Assembly (NCBI GenBank): GCA_027624075.1
Contig: JAQBUH010000005.1
Coordinates: 13,198-77,197, forward strand
DNA length: 64,000 nucleotides
Reading direction: 5' to 3'
DNA from: Chloroflexota bacterium
GTDB lineage: Bacteria > Chloroflexota > Dehalococcoidia > Lucifugimonadales > Lucifugimonadaceae
The notes under the pieces are model-generated. The model was given only the letters and a program-made list of their open reading frames with translations. It ran no database searches and had not been told where the DNA came from. Each line of letters opens with the position of its first letter. Position 1 is the first letter of the stretch. This document shows, one piece after another, positions 26,601 through 36,566 of the stretch. The position numbers and the translations under genes are program-made.

Positions 26601-27383
26601 ATGCAGAACTCGGCTATCCAATCTCTCAGAACGCGGCTCGTGCCGCCTCTTGCCTTGCCAGTGGACGTGCGCGGCTGGTCAGTCCTGTTCTTCGCCACCG
26701 TATTCGGCGTTGCGCTGCCGCTGTTCATTGTCCTGGCGAATGTCGAGTATGTGACGAAGAGTGAATGGCTGTACTCGTACAACTGGTGGCGCAACGGTAT
26801 CCCCGAGCGGACCGGGTTGCCGGTGTCCGAGCTCAACAGCGGCGCCGGCCAGATCAAGGACTACTTCACGAATGACGAAGAGTTGCTTGACCTGCGGGTG
26901 ATCTACCGCGGTGAGGAGGTTTCGCTCTACAAAGAGCGGGAGGTCCTGCACATGGTTGATGTGAAGGGGCTAATGCAGGCTGTGTTCAACACGGCGCGCG
27001 TTTCCGGGGCGATAGCTCTGCTGATTGCCGTGGCCGGGCTGATCTACTTCAGACGGCTGTTCTGGGACGTGCTGCTGACCACTCTGCGGTGGTCGGCGTT
27101 GGGGTCGGGGACCGTTGTTGGCGTGTTTGTGGTCGCCATCCTGATCGATTTCAACTTTGTGTTCAAGCAGTTCCATTTCCTGAGCTTTGCGAACGACCTG
27201 TGGCTGTTGGACCCGTACAGGGACTTCCTGCTCATCATGTTCCCGCAGCGCTTCTTCTTCGAGGCGACTGCGTTCATCGCGGTGTTCGCAGTGGCGCAGT
27301 TTGCGCTGCTGATCTACGGCACGCGCCTGGCGCGTAAGCGGGTTGCAGAGCGCGCCTCGACGCGATCAGTGCGGGCTGCCTAG
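26601..27383 (+). CDS. integral membrane protein, DUF1461/TIGR01906-like (Lit-like)
   Basis: N-terminal TM, ..KEREVLHMVDVKGL.., ..FHFLSFANDLWLLDP..LIMFPQRFF.. pattern. Confidence 0.55.
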   Translation: MQNSAIQSLRTRLVPPLALPVDVRGWSVLFFATVFGVALPLFIVLANVEYVTKSEWLYSYNWWRNGIPERTGLPVSELNSGAGQIKDYFTNDEELLDLRVIYRGEEVSLYKEREVLHMVDVKGLMQAVFNTARVSGAIALLIAVAGLIYFRRLFWDVLLTTLRWSALGSGTVVGVFVVAILIDFNFVFKQFHFLSFANDLWLLDPYRDFLLIMFPQRFFFEATAFIAVFAVAQFALLIYGTRLARKRVAERASTRSVRAA

Positions 27384-27510
27384 TTGAGGTAAGGCGGGTT
27401 TGAGCGCTCGAGAACGATCTTGAGGTTCTCGCCCTCTTCCCGCATGTGTTCTGCGAGCGCCTTCATCTGGCTTCCGAACAGGAGATTGGAGAGCCACGCA
27501 GGCGGGCGTC

Positions 27511-27915
27511 TCAGGGGCTGTATGTTTTTGCGACGAGGTTTCGCTCAGTCTTGTATGTGAGGCGGTCCAGTGACTCCACCGGCGTCATCCACTGCACTGC
27601 CGAGACCTCGTCGTTTGGCTCAAGGTCGCCGCGCTTTACCAGCCTCATCCGGAAAAAGACCACGATCTTTGGGCGGCCTCTCACGAGGTATGAAGTCGGC
27701 TGGGCGATCTCAATGATCTCACCGGCGCAGCCTGTCTCCTCGACGACCTCCCTGAGCGCCGCCTCCTCGATCGTCTCACCGGCGTCGATGTGGCCCTTCG
27801 GCAGTGACCAGTCGTTGTGCCGCGGGCGATAGATCAGGGCGATCTTCAGGTTGTCGCCGTCGCCAGACTCAAGCAGCCCACCGGCAGCGACGTCGATGAA
27901 GGTTGGTTGTGGCAT
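27511..27915 (-). CDS. NUDIX hydrolase
   Basis: Nudix box GHIDAGETIEEAALREVVEETG. Confidence 0.85.
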   Translation of the reverse strand: MPQPTFIDVAAGGLLESGDGDNLKIALIYRPRHNDWSLPKGHIDAGETIEEAALREVVEETGCAGEIIEIAQPTSYLVRGRPKIVVFFRMRLVKRGDLEPNDEVSAVQWMTPVESLDRLTYKTERNLVAKTYSP

Positions 27916-27953
27916 CTGTCGTGTTCTGAGGCCCGGCTCGCTTGCCCGTTCTG

Positions 27954-30272
27954 TTACTGGCCGTTTGCGGAGTCCTTCATTGCCCAGAAGACCCGCTCCG
28001 GGCTCATTGGCAGTTGTGTCATGCGGGCGCCGATCGCGTCGTACACCGCGTTTGCGAGTGCGGCGGCAGGTGGGATGATCGGCGGCTCGCCGACGCCGCG
28101 CAGGCCGAACGGCCCATCATCTGCTGGCGTCTCAAGGATGACGCACTCCATCATTGGCAGATCGAGCGCGGTCGGCATCCGGTAGTCCAGCAGGCTGGAG
28201 TTCCGCATCAGTCCCCGGTCGTCGTAGACGTACTCCTCGTTCAGCGCCCAGCCAATGCCCTGTGCAGCGCCGCCGTGCATCTGACCCTCGACCTGCATCG
28301 GGTTGACCAGTCGGCCAACATCCTGGAACAGCGTGAAGTCGAGCACTTGGACCTTGCCTGTGTCGGGGTCGATCTCGACGTCTGCGATGTTGAGCGCGTA
28401 GCCGTTGGCCGGGCGCAGGTTGGGGTCGCTGGAGGCTGTCGCCTCAATCGGCACGGCCCGTGCGCTGACGATCTGTGCCGCCTGTTTGAACGAGAGGCGA
28501 TTGTCCTGGTTGTCACGCGGGAAGAAGCTGCCGTCCTCGTACTCGACGAACTCAGGGTCGACGTTGAGGCGAGAGGCCAGGCCGTTGCGCATGATGTCCA
28601 ACACGGCCATGCCTGCCTTGTAGACGGCGTCTGACTGCGTGCGGGTGACCTTCGAACCTGCCGAGGAGCCGGTGAACGGGATGCTGTCTGTGTCTGCGAT
28701 GCGGACAGACACATCATCCGGGCTGATGCCCAGCGTCTCCGCGGCAAGCTGCGCGAGGCCGGTCCTGACGCCGGAGAGGTCCACGGAGCCTGTTGTGACA
28801 ACGACTCGCCCGTCCGGCTGGACCAGTATGCGAGAGCTGGCCTGATCGACGCCGCACGGCCACCAGCCGATGCCGATTCCGCGGCCGGTGGGCCAGCCGT
28901 TCTTCGACTTCTTGATCGGGCGGGTGTACGCCGGGTGCGCCTTCGCCGCCTCAAGCATCTCCACGATGCCGATGCGCGTGTACTTGTTGTCGTCGACTGT
29001 GTAGTCGCCGGTCTTCGAGGCGTTCATGATGCGGAAGTCAATCGGCTCGATGTTGAGCTTGCGGGCCAGCTCGTCCATCACCTGCTCTGTGCAGAAGGAC
29101 GAGACGGTTGCCCCGGGGGCGCGGTATGCGGCGACGCGCGGGGTGTTTGTGACCACGTCATAGCCGTCTACGCGGCTGTGCTCGGGCTGGTAGCAGGCGA
29201 ACACGGTCTGCACGCCGCGCATGATCGGCGCCCCTGGGAAGGCGCCCGCGCCGTACACGAGGCGCGACTGGGCCGCCTTCAGCTTGCCGTCTTTCGTTGC
29301 GCCCATCTTGATGGTGACGACTGCTGCCGCGCCCGGACCCGTTGCTTTCAGGACCTCTTCCCTGTTGAGCACGATCTTGACCGGGCTGCCGGCCTTGCGG
29401 GAGAGGATCGCGGCTATCGGCGTGACGCGCGGCAGCGTCTTAGCGCCGAACGCGCCGCCGACCTCGAGGGGAGTGACCGTGATGCGGCCGATGTCCACCT
29501 TGAGCAGCTTGGACAGGTTGCCTCGAACGGCGAACGAGCCCTGCGTGTTGGCCCAGACCTGCATGTGTCCGTCGCTCTGCCAGAAGACCGTCTCGGCCTC
29601 AGGCTCGATGTAGCCCTGGTGGACTATCGAGGTCTTGAATGTGCGCTCGACGATCACGTCGGACTCTGCGAACCCCTTTTCGACGTCACCGCGGCCTGCC
29701 TCTATGTGCGCTGAGATGTTGCTCGTCCGGTCTCCTGTGCCGCTCAGTGAGCGCGCCACAAGCCCTTCGTGCAGGATCGGCGCGTCCGCGGCCATAGCCT
29801 CGATAGGGTCGGTCACCGGGTCCAGCACCTCGTATTTGACCTTGACGAGGCGAACGGCTTCAGCCGCGATGTGGGCGTTGTCAGCCGCGACCGCCGCGAT
29901 GGGATGGCCCTCGAACAGCACCTTGCGCCTGGCCATCATGAGGTTGGCGAGGAACTGGATGCCGATGTCTACCTCGCCTGTGTCGAGGTCGCCGCTGATA
30001 TCGGACGGAAAGTCGGCTGCGGTGCAGACGGCGCGGACGCCAGGCAACTGCTCTGCGGCCGATGTGTCGATGCTCAGGATGCGGGCGTGGGCGTGTGGGG
30101 AGCGGACGATTGCTCCGTGCAGTGAGCCGGGAATGGTGAAATCTGCGCCGAACAGCGCCCGGCCTGTGACCTTCTCAAGTCCATCGACCTTCTCGTGAGA
30201 CTTTCCGAAGCCCTTGAAGGTGAGACCGTCTGAGTTGGCGCGTCGTGGAGATTGCGAGGGTGTTGTGACCAT
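27954..30272 (-). CDS. molybdopterin-dependent hydroxylase large subunit (xanthine dehydrogenase/aldehyde oxidase family)
   Basis: ..GKSHEKVDGLEKVTGRALFGADF.. a/b-hammerhead start. ..GGAFGAK.., ..GVGEPP.. near the C-terminus. ATG 30270-30272 chosen. Confidence 0.85.
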   Translation of the reverse strand: MVTTPSQSPRRANSDGLTFKGFGKSHEKVDGLEKVTGRALFGADFTIPGSLHGAIVRSPHAHARILSIDTSAAEQLPGVRAVCTAADFPSDISGDLDTGEVDIGIQFLANLMMARRKVLFEGHPIAAVAADNAHIAAEAVRLVKVKYEVLDPVTDPIEAMAADAPILHEGLVARSLSGTGDRTSNISAHIEAGRGDVEKGFAESDVIVERTFKTSIVHQGYIEPEAETVFWQSDGHMQVWANTQGSFAVRGNLSKLLKVDIGRITVTPLEVGGAFGAKTLPRVTPIAAILSRKAGSPVKIVLNREEVLKATGPGAAAVVTIKMGATKDGKLKAAQSRLVYGAGAFPGAPIMRGVQTVFACYQPEHSRVDGYDVVTNTPRVAAYRAPGATVSSFCTEQVMDELARKLNIEPIDFRIMNASKTGDYTVDDNKYTRIGIVEMLEAAKAHPAYTRPIKKSKNGWPTGRGIGIGWWPCGVDQASSRILVQPDGRVVVTTGSVDLSGVRTGLAQLAAETLGISPDDVSVRIADTDSIPFTGSSAGSKVTRTQSDAVYKAGMAVLDIMRNGLASRLNVDPEFVEYEDGSFFPRDNQDNRLSFKQAAQIVSARAVPIEATASSDPNLRPANGYALNIADVEIDPDTGKVQVLDFTLFQDVGRLVNPMQVEGQMHGGAAQGIGWALNEEYVYDDRGLMRNSSLLDYRMPTALDLPMMECVILETPADDGPFGLRGVGEPPIIPPAAALANAVYDAIGARMTQLPMSPERVFWAMKDSANGQ

Positions 30273-30435
30273 GTTTGTTCTCACGGAGAGGTGACGAGCC
30301 TGAGGGCGAACAAGCGCTCGCTCATTTGACCGGTAATGCGGATGACGCGAATTTACCAGAGTAACTGTGCTGTAGTCGAACTTGCCGGCGGACACTCACG
30401 CACGCGGCACGGTTCGGAAGGTGGCGACACGAAGT

Positions 30436-30894
30436 CTACTTTGCCGTGCGCCTCGAAAACTCGTCGTGCGGCGGGACGTCTTCGCCTACCACCCAGAGCC
30501 AGTAGTAGATGCCGACTGGCCCCATGAACTTGAACTGCTTGCGGAGGTCCGCCATAAGGTCGTAGAAATTGTCGAACGACCTGAGATAGTTCTTGAAACC
30601 GTCGTGCTCGTCGTCCAGCTCGATCATCTTGCGGGCGTTTTCGGTTATCGCAGCCAGCTTGCGCTTGTTGCGGATGACACGCGTGTCGTCGCCGAGGGCT
30701 GCCAGTCTCTCCGGGCCGTAAGAGGCGATAGCGCCTACCTGGAAGTTGTCCATCGCCTCACGGGTGCCAGGCCACTTCGCCTCGACAACCTTCCACGACA
30801 TGCCGCTCTGAAAAACCGCCTTGGTCTGGATCTCCAGGTAGTCGTCGAGCGACTTCGGCTCAATGCGCGGCGGCGCTCCCTGTTCTGATGGCAT
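30436..30894 (-). CDS. tag: DNA-3-methyladenine glycosylase I
   Basis: ..AVFQSGMSWKVVEAKW..F..F......YGPERLAALGDDTRVIRNKRKL... Confidence 0.85.
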   Translation of the reverse strand: MPSEQGAPPRIEPKSLDDYLEIQTKAVFQSGMSWKVVEAKWPGTREAMDNFQVGAIASYGPERLAALGDDTRVIRNKRKLAAITENARKMIELDDEHDGFKNYLRSFDNFYDLMADLRKQFKFMGPVGIYYWLWVVGEDVPPHDEFSRRTAK

Positions 30895-30916
30895 CTTGTT
30901 CTCCGCTCAGTGCGAG

Positions 30917-31285
30917 CTACTCCTGAAATTCGATGGCTACGGGCAGCGCTGTCTGTCCCCAATTGGACAGATCACCATCGTGTATCGGCTGGTACTTGTC
31001 AACGAGTAGCCGACGGGCCATCGAGTCTTCATCGCTCTGTTCATCCACGGTCCGCCCAGTTCCTGTGAGTATGTGTCCCGAAATTCGCACTGTGACTTCG
31101 GGTCTGTGGAGCAGGTTGCGCACCCAGTCGGACCGGTCACGGTTCCCTGAAAGCATGTACAGAGTTGGCCCGTTGACGGCGAACCAGATCTCGATCTCCC
31201 TCGGCAGACCGGAGACGCGCCCCGTTGTTGTCAGGTAGCAGAACTGCTCGTCAGCCAGCCCTGCAAGGACCGTGCCGTCCGGCAA
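30917..31285 (-). CDS. nitroreductase/deazaflavin-dependent oxidoreductase family protein (DUF385-like)
   Basis: ..YLTTTGRVSGLPREIEIWFAVNGPTLYMLSGNRDRSDWVRNLLHRPEVTVRI... TTG 31283-31285 sits 9 nt after AGGAGG. The longer track ORF overlaps the upstream gene. Confidence 0.6.
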   Translation of the reverse strand: MPDGTVLAGLADEQFCYLTTTGRVSGLPREIEIWFAVNGPTLYMLSGNRDRSDWVRNLLHRPEVTVRISGHILTGTGRTVDEQSDEDSMARRLLVDKYQPIHDGDLSNWGQTALPVAIEFQE

Positions 31286-31340
31286 ACCTTCTATCCTCCT
31301 GAGGCAGCATTGGAATAACGCTGACACTGGCTGCCTGCGC

Positions 31341-32126
31341 TCAGCCGGCGGCTTTCCAGCCTTCCGGCAGCGGCCATTCCTTGATGCCGTCCTCCGGCAC
31401 ATAACCGATGACTTCACGTGCGTGTTCGAGATCGCGGAACCGGGTGAAGTTGTCCGAGACGCCAAACACGATATCGAACTTGACGCTGTCCGGCGCCTCG
31501 ACGCACCTGCGCACCACCTGCGCAGCGTCCCTGTGGCTCAGGTAGACCGCTGCCTCTCGTGCGTTTGCCGGGCGGTCTTCGGCGCGAACACGCCCGAGCC
31601 TGACGCAGATGACGGAGATGCCGTGCTGCTCTGCGAAAGAGCGGCCGAGCGCCTCTCCAAACAGCTTGACCGCGCCGTACAGGCTGTCCGGCCGCGGCGG
31701 GTCGAGGTGCGTGAGGAGCGGGCGCGGGTGTGGGATGTTTGCGAGGCGGGCTTCGGTCATTGCCAGGAACGGCTCTTCTGTCTCGTACGCGTGCATCGTC
31801 GAGCCAGAGCTCCCGAACACGATTCTCCTGACCCCGGACTCGCGCGCCGCCTGGAACACGTTGTGCGTGCCGCGGACGTTGACTTCGAGCTGCTGCTGAT
31901 CGTCCCCGCCCAAGTAGGCGGCCATGTGTACGACCGTGTCGACGCCCTCGAAGGCAGGTCTGATGGCGTTGAGGTCCGTGATGTCTGCCGTGACGGTCTC
32001 GAACCCTTCGACCGGCCGGCGGTTGAGGGCGCTGACCCGGTATGACTTTGCAAGGTCACGCCCTGCGACACCGCCGATGATGCCGCTCATGCCTGTGACC
32101 AGGACCGCTTTCTGTGTCTCTGCCAT
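31341..32126 (-). CDS. NAD-dependent epimerase/dehydratase (SDR)
   Basis: ..KAVLVTGMSGIIGG.. Rossmann motif, ..YGAVK.. catalytic pair. Confidence 0.8.
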   Translation of the reverse strand: MAETQKAVLVTGMSGIIGGVAGRDLAKSYRVSALNRRPVEGFETVTADITDLNAIRPAFEGVDTVVHMAAYLGGDDQQQLEVNVRGTHNVFQAARESGVRRIVFGSSGSTMHAYETEEPFLAMTEARLANIPHPRPLLTHLDPPRPDSLYGAVKLFGEALGRSFAEQHGISVICVRLGRVRAEDRPANAREAAVYLSHRDAAQVVRRCVEAPDSVKFDIVFGVSDNFTRFRDLEHAREVIGYVPEDGIKEWPLPEGWKAAG

Positions 32127-32136
32127 CGCGTAACTC

Positions 32137-32895
32137 CTAGTAGCCGTGCTGTACCGCACTGTCTTCTGGCGTGTAGCCAAGCACATCATGCGCGTGGCTC
32201 CAGTCGCGGTAGTTGAGCGGGTTGTCCGAGACGCTGAAAAAGATGTTGAAACGGAGGTCTTCCGGAGCGGCGACGCAGAGCCTGAGCAACCGCATCATAT
32301 CGCCGTGGCTGCACCAGACGGCGGCGTTCCGGGCGTTTGCGGGAACGTTGTTGATCTCGACCTTGCCGACGCGGATACACAGCACAGAAAGACCGTGGGC
32401 CTCCGAGTAGGCGCGGCCGATCGCCTCGCTCCAGAGCTTGGTCACGGCGTAGAGGCAGCGCGGTCGAGGAGGCTGGTCGACGGTGATCATCTTGACGCTG
32501 CCCGGCCGGGTATCGGGCCGGACGCCATTGACCATCGAGCGGTACGGCTCATCTTTCTCATAGCCGCCGACCACTGCGCCTGTGCTTGCCAGGATGACGC
32601 GCCTCGCTCCGGCCTGCCGCGCCGCCTCAAGCACGTTGTAGACACCGATTACGTTGGCGCGGTAGTGCACATCGAAAGGCTGGTTGCCGCGGGACGCTGC
32701 CATGTGGATGACGGTCTTGACGCCGTCGAAAGCCGGCCGCATCGAGTCGAAGTCGGCGATGTCTGCGACGGTATACGGCCAGCCGTCCACAGGCGTGCGG
32801 CCGATGTCGCTGACTTCGTAGTCGCCGGAGAGCGTGCGTGCGGCCAGCCCGCCTATGAGGCCGGACATTCCTGTGATGAGGACCTTTTCTCTCAT
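32137..32895 (-). CDS. NAD-dependent epimerase/dehydratase (SDR), tandem paralogue
   Basis: ..KVLITGMSGLIGG.., ..YAVTK... ATG 32893-32895. Confidence 0.8.
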   Translation of the reverse strand: MREKVLITGMSGLIGGLAARTLSGDYEVSDIGRTPVDGWPYTVADIADFDSMRPAFDGVKTVIHMAASRGNQPFDVHYRANVIGVYNVLEAARQAGARRVILASTGAVVGGYEKDEPYRSMVNGVRPDTRPGSVKMITVDQPPRPRCLYAVTKLWSEAIGRAYSEAHGLSVLCIRVGKVEINNVPANARNAAVWCSHGDMMRLLRLCVAAPEDLRFNIFFSVSDNPLNYRDWSHAHDVLGYTPEDSAVQHGY

Positions 32896-32969
32896 GGAAG
32901 AGCGACTCTCTTGCTGGCTCATTGGCCGGCCCGCTGGCCGGGTGACTGGCTGACCGGCGCCGCCCTGGC

Positions 32970-35516
32970 TCACGATAGCTCTCCCGGCCTTCCCACTGCG
33001 AAAAGCGCCAGCTCAGCGGCAAGCAGTGAGAGCTCCGGCGCGGCCAGTTGAGGGTCCGCGGCCAGCAGTCTGCCCGCCTCTTCGCGGCATGTTTCGATCA
33101 GGTCGAGGTCGGCCGGGGTGGCGATCTTCATCTGCGCCCATCCGCTCTGTCGAGTGCCGGTGTACTCGCCCGGCCCGCGCATCTCAAGGTCCTTGTCTGC
33201 CAGCTCGAACCCGTCCGACGTCTCCTCCACCGTGCGTAATCGGGTGATGCCGTCTTCGGACGGGCTGTCAGATAGCAGATAGCAACTCCCGGCGTGGCCG
33301 CCCCGGCCGACCCTGCCGCGTAGCTGGTGGAGCTGTGACAGCCCGAACCTGTCAGCGCTCTCGATCAGCATCACGGTTGCGTTCGGCACGTCGACTCCGA
33401 CCTCGATCACCGGCGTCGCCACCAACACCTGTGTCTCACCGCTCCTGAACCTCTCCATTGCGAGCTGTTTTTCTGCGATTGGCATGCGGCCGTGCAGGAG
33501 GCCGAGGCGAAGGTCTGACAGAGGGCCGGAGGTGAGCCTTGCAAACTCTGGAACGGCGGCTCTGGCCGCGACCGCCTCAGAGTCCTCGATGAGCGGGCAG
33601 ACGATGAACGCCTGCCGGCCCTCGGCAACCTGCGACCTCACCAGATCGTAGGCCTCGTGACGGCCGTGCTGGTCCCTTGCCCAGACGGTCTTCAGCGGAG
33701 CACGGCCGCTCGGCATCTGCTTGAGGACAGAGACATCAAGGTCCCCGTACACCGTAAGGGCCAATGTTCGGGGGATCGGGGTGGCTGACATGGCGAGCAT
33801 GTGCGGCCGCGGCTCCCGCTGGCCGAGCGCCGCCCTTTGCTCAACGCCGAAGCGGTGCTGCTCGTCCACGACTGCCAGCGCCAGGTCAGGGATGTCCACC
33901 GACTCCTGCAGCAGCGCGTGCGTGCCAATGACGATGTCGATCTGACCGGCCGCGATCAACTCGTGCATCTTGGACTTCTGCACCGGTGTCTGGCTGCCTG
34001 TGAGGAGTCCGATGGTGATCGGGCGGTCTCTGATTGCCGGAGCCGCCGCCTGTCTCACGGTGGCAGGCAGCAGCGGTGTCGACTCTGCGCCGAGCTGGCG
34101 CGTCGTGCTCAGGAAGTGCTGTTCGGCGAGGACCTCGGTGGGCGCAAGGAACGCGCCGCGATAGCCGTTCGCGACGCAGGCCAGGATGGCAGCAAGTGCG
34201 ACGATGGTCTTGCCGCTTCCCACTTCACCCTGCAGTAGCCGGGCCATCGGCACACCGGTCGCCATATCTTCCAGCAGCGAACTCAATGTTGCCCGCTGGT
34301 CGCCGGTCAGGTCGAAGTCGAGTCCTGCCAGGAACTCCGCAACCGCCTCGGCGCCGTTCGCAATCCTTGGTGATCCGGTCCTGGACTGCCAGTCCTGGCG
34401 GTTGCGCAGGACGAGCAACTGGTTGAGGAGCAGCTCATCGAAGGCCAGCCTGCGGCGCGCCGCCTCTGCGTCCGCCGCTGCCGCGGGGAAGTGCATGTCC
34501 GATATGGCCTTCTTGAGACCGGGCATGGCGTGACGGTCGACCATGTCTGCGGGGAGCATGTCTTTCAAGAGCGGGAGGGCGATGTCGAGAGCGGCGCGCG
34601 TGGCGTTTCGTATGGTGCGTTGTGGCAGGCCCTCGGTCGTCGGATAGACGGGGAGCAGGTTGCCTGCGTGTGTCAGCGTGCCGGTGCGGCGGTCGAACAC
34701 CTCGTACTCAGGGCTTTCGAGCTGTGCCTGGCCCCGGTACTCGCCAACCTTGCCGCTGAGCGCGATGTCTGTGCCGGGCTTCAACTGGCTTGCGAGGTAC
34801 GGCTGACCGAAGAATGTGACGCTCAGTAGGCCGGTGCCGTCGCTGACCAGAACGCGGGCGGCGCCGCTCCGGCCAATCGCCAACGATTCGGCGCGCACCA
34901 CGTGGCCGATGACTGTCGTCTCCTGGCCCAACTCAAGCAGTCCGATCTGAGTCGGCTTCGAGTAGTCGATGTGCCGGCGCGGGAAGTGCCACAGGAGGTC
35001 TTTTAGAGTTGCGAGTTCTGTCTTCGCCAGTCTGGTTGCAGTGGCGCGGGTAATGAACTCGAGGTCGCCTAACGGTGTGGTGAGAGCCGGTTTGACCGGT
35101 GACGGGTCTGCCGGTTTTCCCGGCCTGGCTGTGCGAGGCTTGCGAGCCGACGGCTTCGGCTGGCTGCGTGCGGTCGCGGGGCCGTCGGAGTCGATGCTAG
35201 TTACATTTGGGCCAACCGGAACTGGGCCGGGCGAGTCTGGCCGCGTGCTGCTTCCAAGTCGCTGCAGCACGCTCTCGACCCACATCTGCCGCTCTCCCGG
35301 ACCGAGACTTGAGTAGCGGCGTTCTTTCCGCGGCGGCATGTTGTTGAGCCACTTGATCTGGGCGGAGAACGAACTGAGCAGTCCGTCCAGGCCGCCGATC
35401 ACAGCCCGGTCGTTGTAGTCGAGGCCGCGTTCATGCAGCAAGACTCGTCGTAGCCGGGCCTCGGCCTCAGCTCCGGGAATCGAGCGTGCCTCAGGTTGTC
35501 TGCGTATTGCGGGCAT
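32970..35516 (-). CDS. recG: ATP-dependent DNA helicase RecG
   Basis: Wedge/OB region, Walker A GEVGSGKT, DEQHRFGV, ..QLHQLRGRVGRG... Long Pro/Lys-rich N-terminal region. ATG 35514-35516. Confidence 0.93.
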   Translation of the reverse strand: MPAIRRQPEARSIPGAEAEARLRRVLLHERGLDYNDRAVIGGLDGLLSSFSAQIKWLNNMPPRKERRYSSLGPGERQMWVESVLQRLGSSTRPDSPGPVPVGPNVTSIDSDGPATARSQPKPSARKPRTARPGKPADPSPVKPALTTPLGDLEFITRATATRLAKTELATLKDLLWHFPRRHIDYSKPTQIGLLELGQETTVIGHVVRAESLAIGRSGAARVLVSDGTGLLSVTFFGQPYLASQLKPGTDIALSGKVGEYRGQAQLESPEYEVFDRRTGTLTHAGNLLPVYPTTEGLPQRTIRNATRAALDIALPLLKDMLPADMVDRHAMPGLKKAISDMHFPAAAADAEAARRRLAFDELLLNQLLVLRNRQDWQSRTGSPRIANGAEAVAEFLAGLDFDLTGDQRATLSSLLEDMATGVPMARLLQGEVGSGKTIVALAAILACVANGYRGAFLAPTEVLAEQHFLSTTRQLGAESTPLLPATVRQAAAPAIRDRPITIGLLTGSQTPVQKSKMHELIAAGQIDIVIGTHALLQESVDIPDLALAVVDEQHRFGVEQRAALGQREPRPHMLAMSATPIPRTLALTVYGDLDVSVLKQMPSGRAPLKTVWARDQHGRHEAYDLVRSQVAEGRQAFIVCPLIEDSEAVAARAAVPEFARLTSGPLSDLRLGLLHGRMPIAEKQLAMERFRSGETQVLVATPVIEVGVDVPNATVMLIESADRFGLSQLHQLRGRVGRGGHAGSCYLLSDSPSEDGITRLRTVEETSDGFELADKDLEMRGPGEYTGTRQSGWAQMKIATPADLDLIETCREEAGRLLAADPQLAAPELSLLAAELALFAVGRPGELS

Positions 35517-35662
35517 CGCTGTCAGATGGAGTGGAAATAGTTGATGCCGTCTCGATGAGCGGCGCGACAGACGCACGCCACGGCGCGAAGAATGCTACGT
35601 GATCTTTTCGCGAAGCCGTCAACTCTGACGCAGCGCGTGCAAGTGAGCCTTGCCGCTGGATA

Positions 35663-36505
35663 TTACTCTGCGCGGATCATCCCGAACCCGAGCATGCCGG
35701 GGCCGAGGTACGTGCCGACAACAGGGCCGAGGCGCGCCGCCAGAGCTTTGCCATCGGGCGCGTACTGGCTGAGGTCTTCCGCTATCTCTTTTGCCAGCTC
35801 AGGGTCAGTCGTGTGCAGCACACACAGCGCCTCAAGCGGCGCCGCCTCTGCGACCAGGCTCTTGATGCGGGCGATGCCTCTCGAGCGGGTGCGGGCGCGC
35901 TCGATGCCGTGCGCCTCACCGTCAACGAGCGCAAGTATCGGCTTGATCCTGAGCAGTGAGCCGAGCAGAGCCTGGGCCTTGCCGATTCGCCCGCCTTTCT
36001 GGAGATACTCCAGCGTCTCGACAAGCCCTGTGAAGGTGGCCCGTGAACTCAGCGATTTCGCCTTATCGACGGCTTCATCCAGGGACGCTCCGCCGGCCGC
36101 CGCCTTCGCGACGCCGATTGCCACCAGTCCGAGCGCCATCGAAGCCTGCAGCGTGTCGACCGCCTCAACCGTGATTCCCTGTTCCCTCACCTCTTCCGCA
36201 GCCTGCGCCGCCGAGGCATATGTGGCGCTCACCTTCGACGAAAGATGCAGCGAGATGATGCCGTCATGACTCCTGGCCAACTCCTGGTAGAGCTCAATGA
36301 AAGCGCCTGAAGATGGAGCGGATGTCGTCGGGAAGGTCTTGCCTGACTGCAGCCGTGCGTAGAACTCGTCTGGCTCGATGTCCACGCCGTCCCTGTAAGT
36401 CTTGTCCCCGAAATTGACGTGGAGCGGAACGACCGAGATTCCGTACTGCAGGGCCAGCTCCCCCGGCAGGTCGGACGTGCTGTCTGTGACTACTGCGATT
36501 GCCAT
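35663..36505 (-). CDS. DegV family fatty-acid-binding protein
   Basis: MAIAVVTDSTSDLP..YGISVVPLHVNFGDKTYRDGVDI... Confidence 0.9.
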   Translation of the reverse strand: MAIAVVTDSTSDLPGELALQYGISVVPLHVNFGDKTYRDGVDIEPDEFYARLQSGKTFPTTSAPSSGAFIELYQELARSHDGIISLHLSSKVSATYASAAQAAEEVREQGITVEAVDTLQASMALGLVAIGVAKAAAGGASLDEAVDKAKSLSSRATFTGLVETLEYLQKGGRIGKAQALLGSLLRIKPILALVDGEAHGIERARTRSRGIARIKSLVAEAAPLEALCVLHTTDPELAKEIAEDLSQYAPDGKALAARLGPVVGTYLGPGMLGFGMIRAE

Positions 36506-36566
36506 GCGGGCTGCTCTTTTATCTCTTGAAACATGGGGGACATGGTGCCCGGAGCGAACGGTCCGT

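Noticed and set aside
27384-27510. Short minus-strand ORF after the NUDIX gene (..LFGSQMKALAEHMREEGENLKIVLERSNPPYLN*; 28 aa from the ATG).
   Set aside because: It is too short, has no recognisable family and no clear RBS. It may be a gene remnant, but it is not reportable as a CDS.
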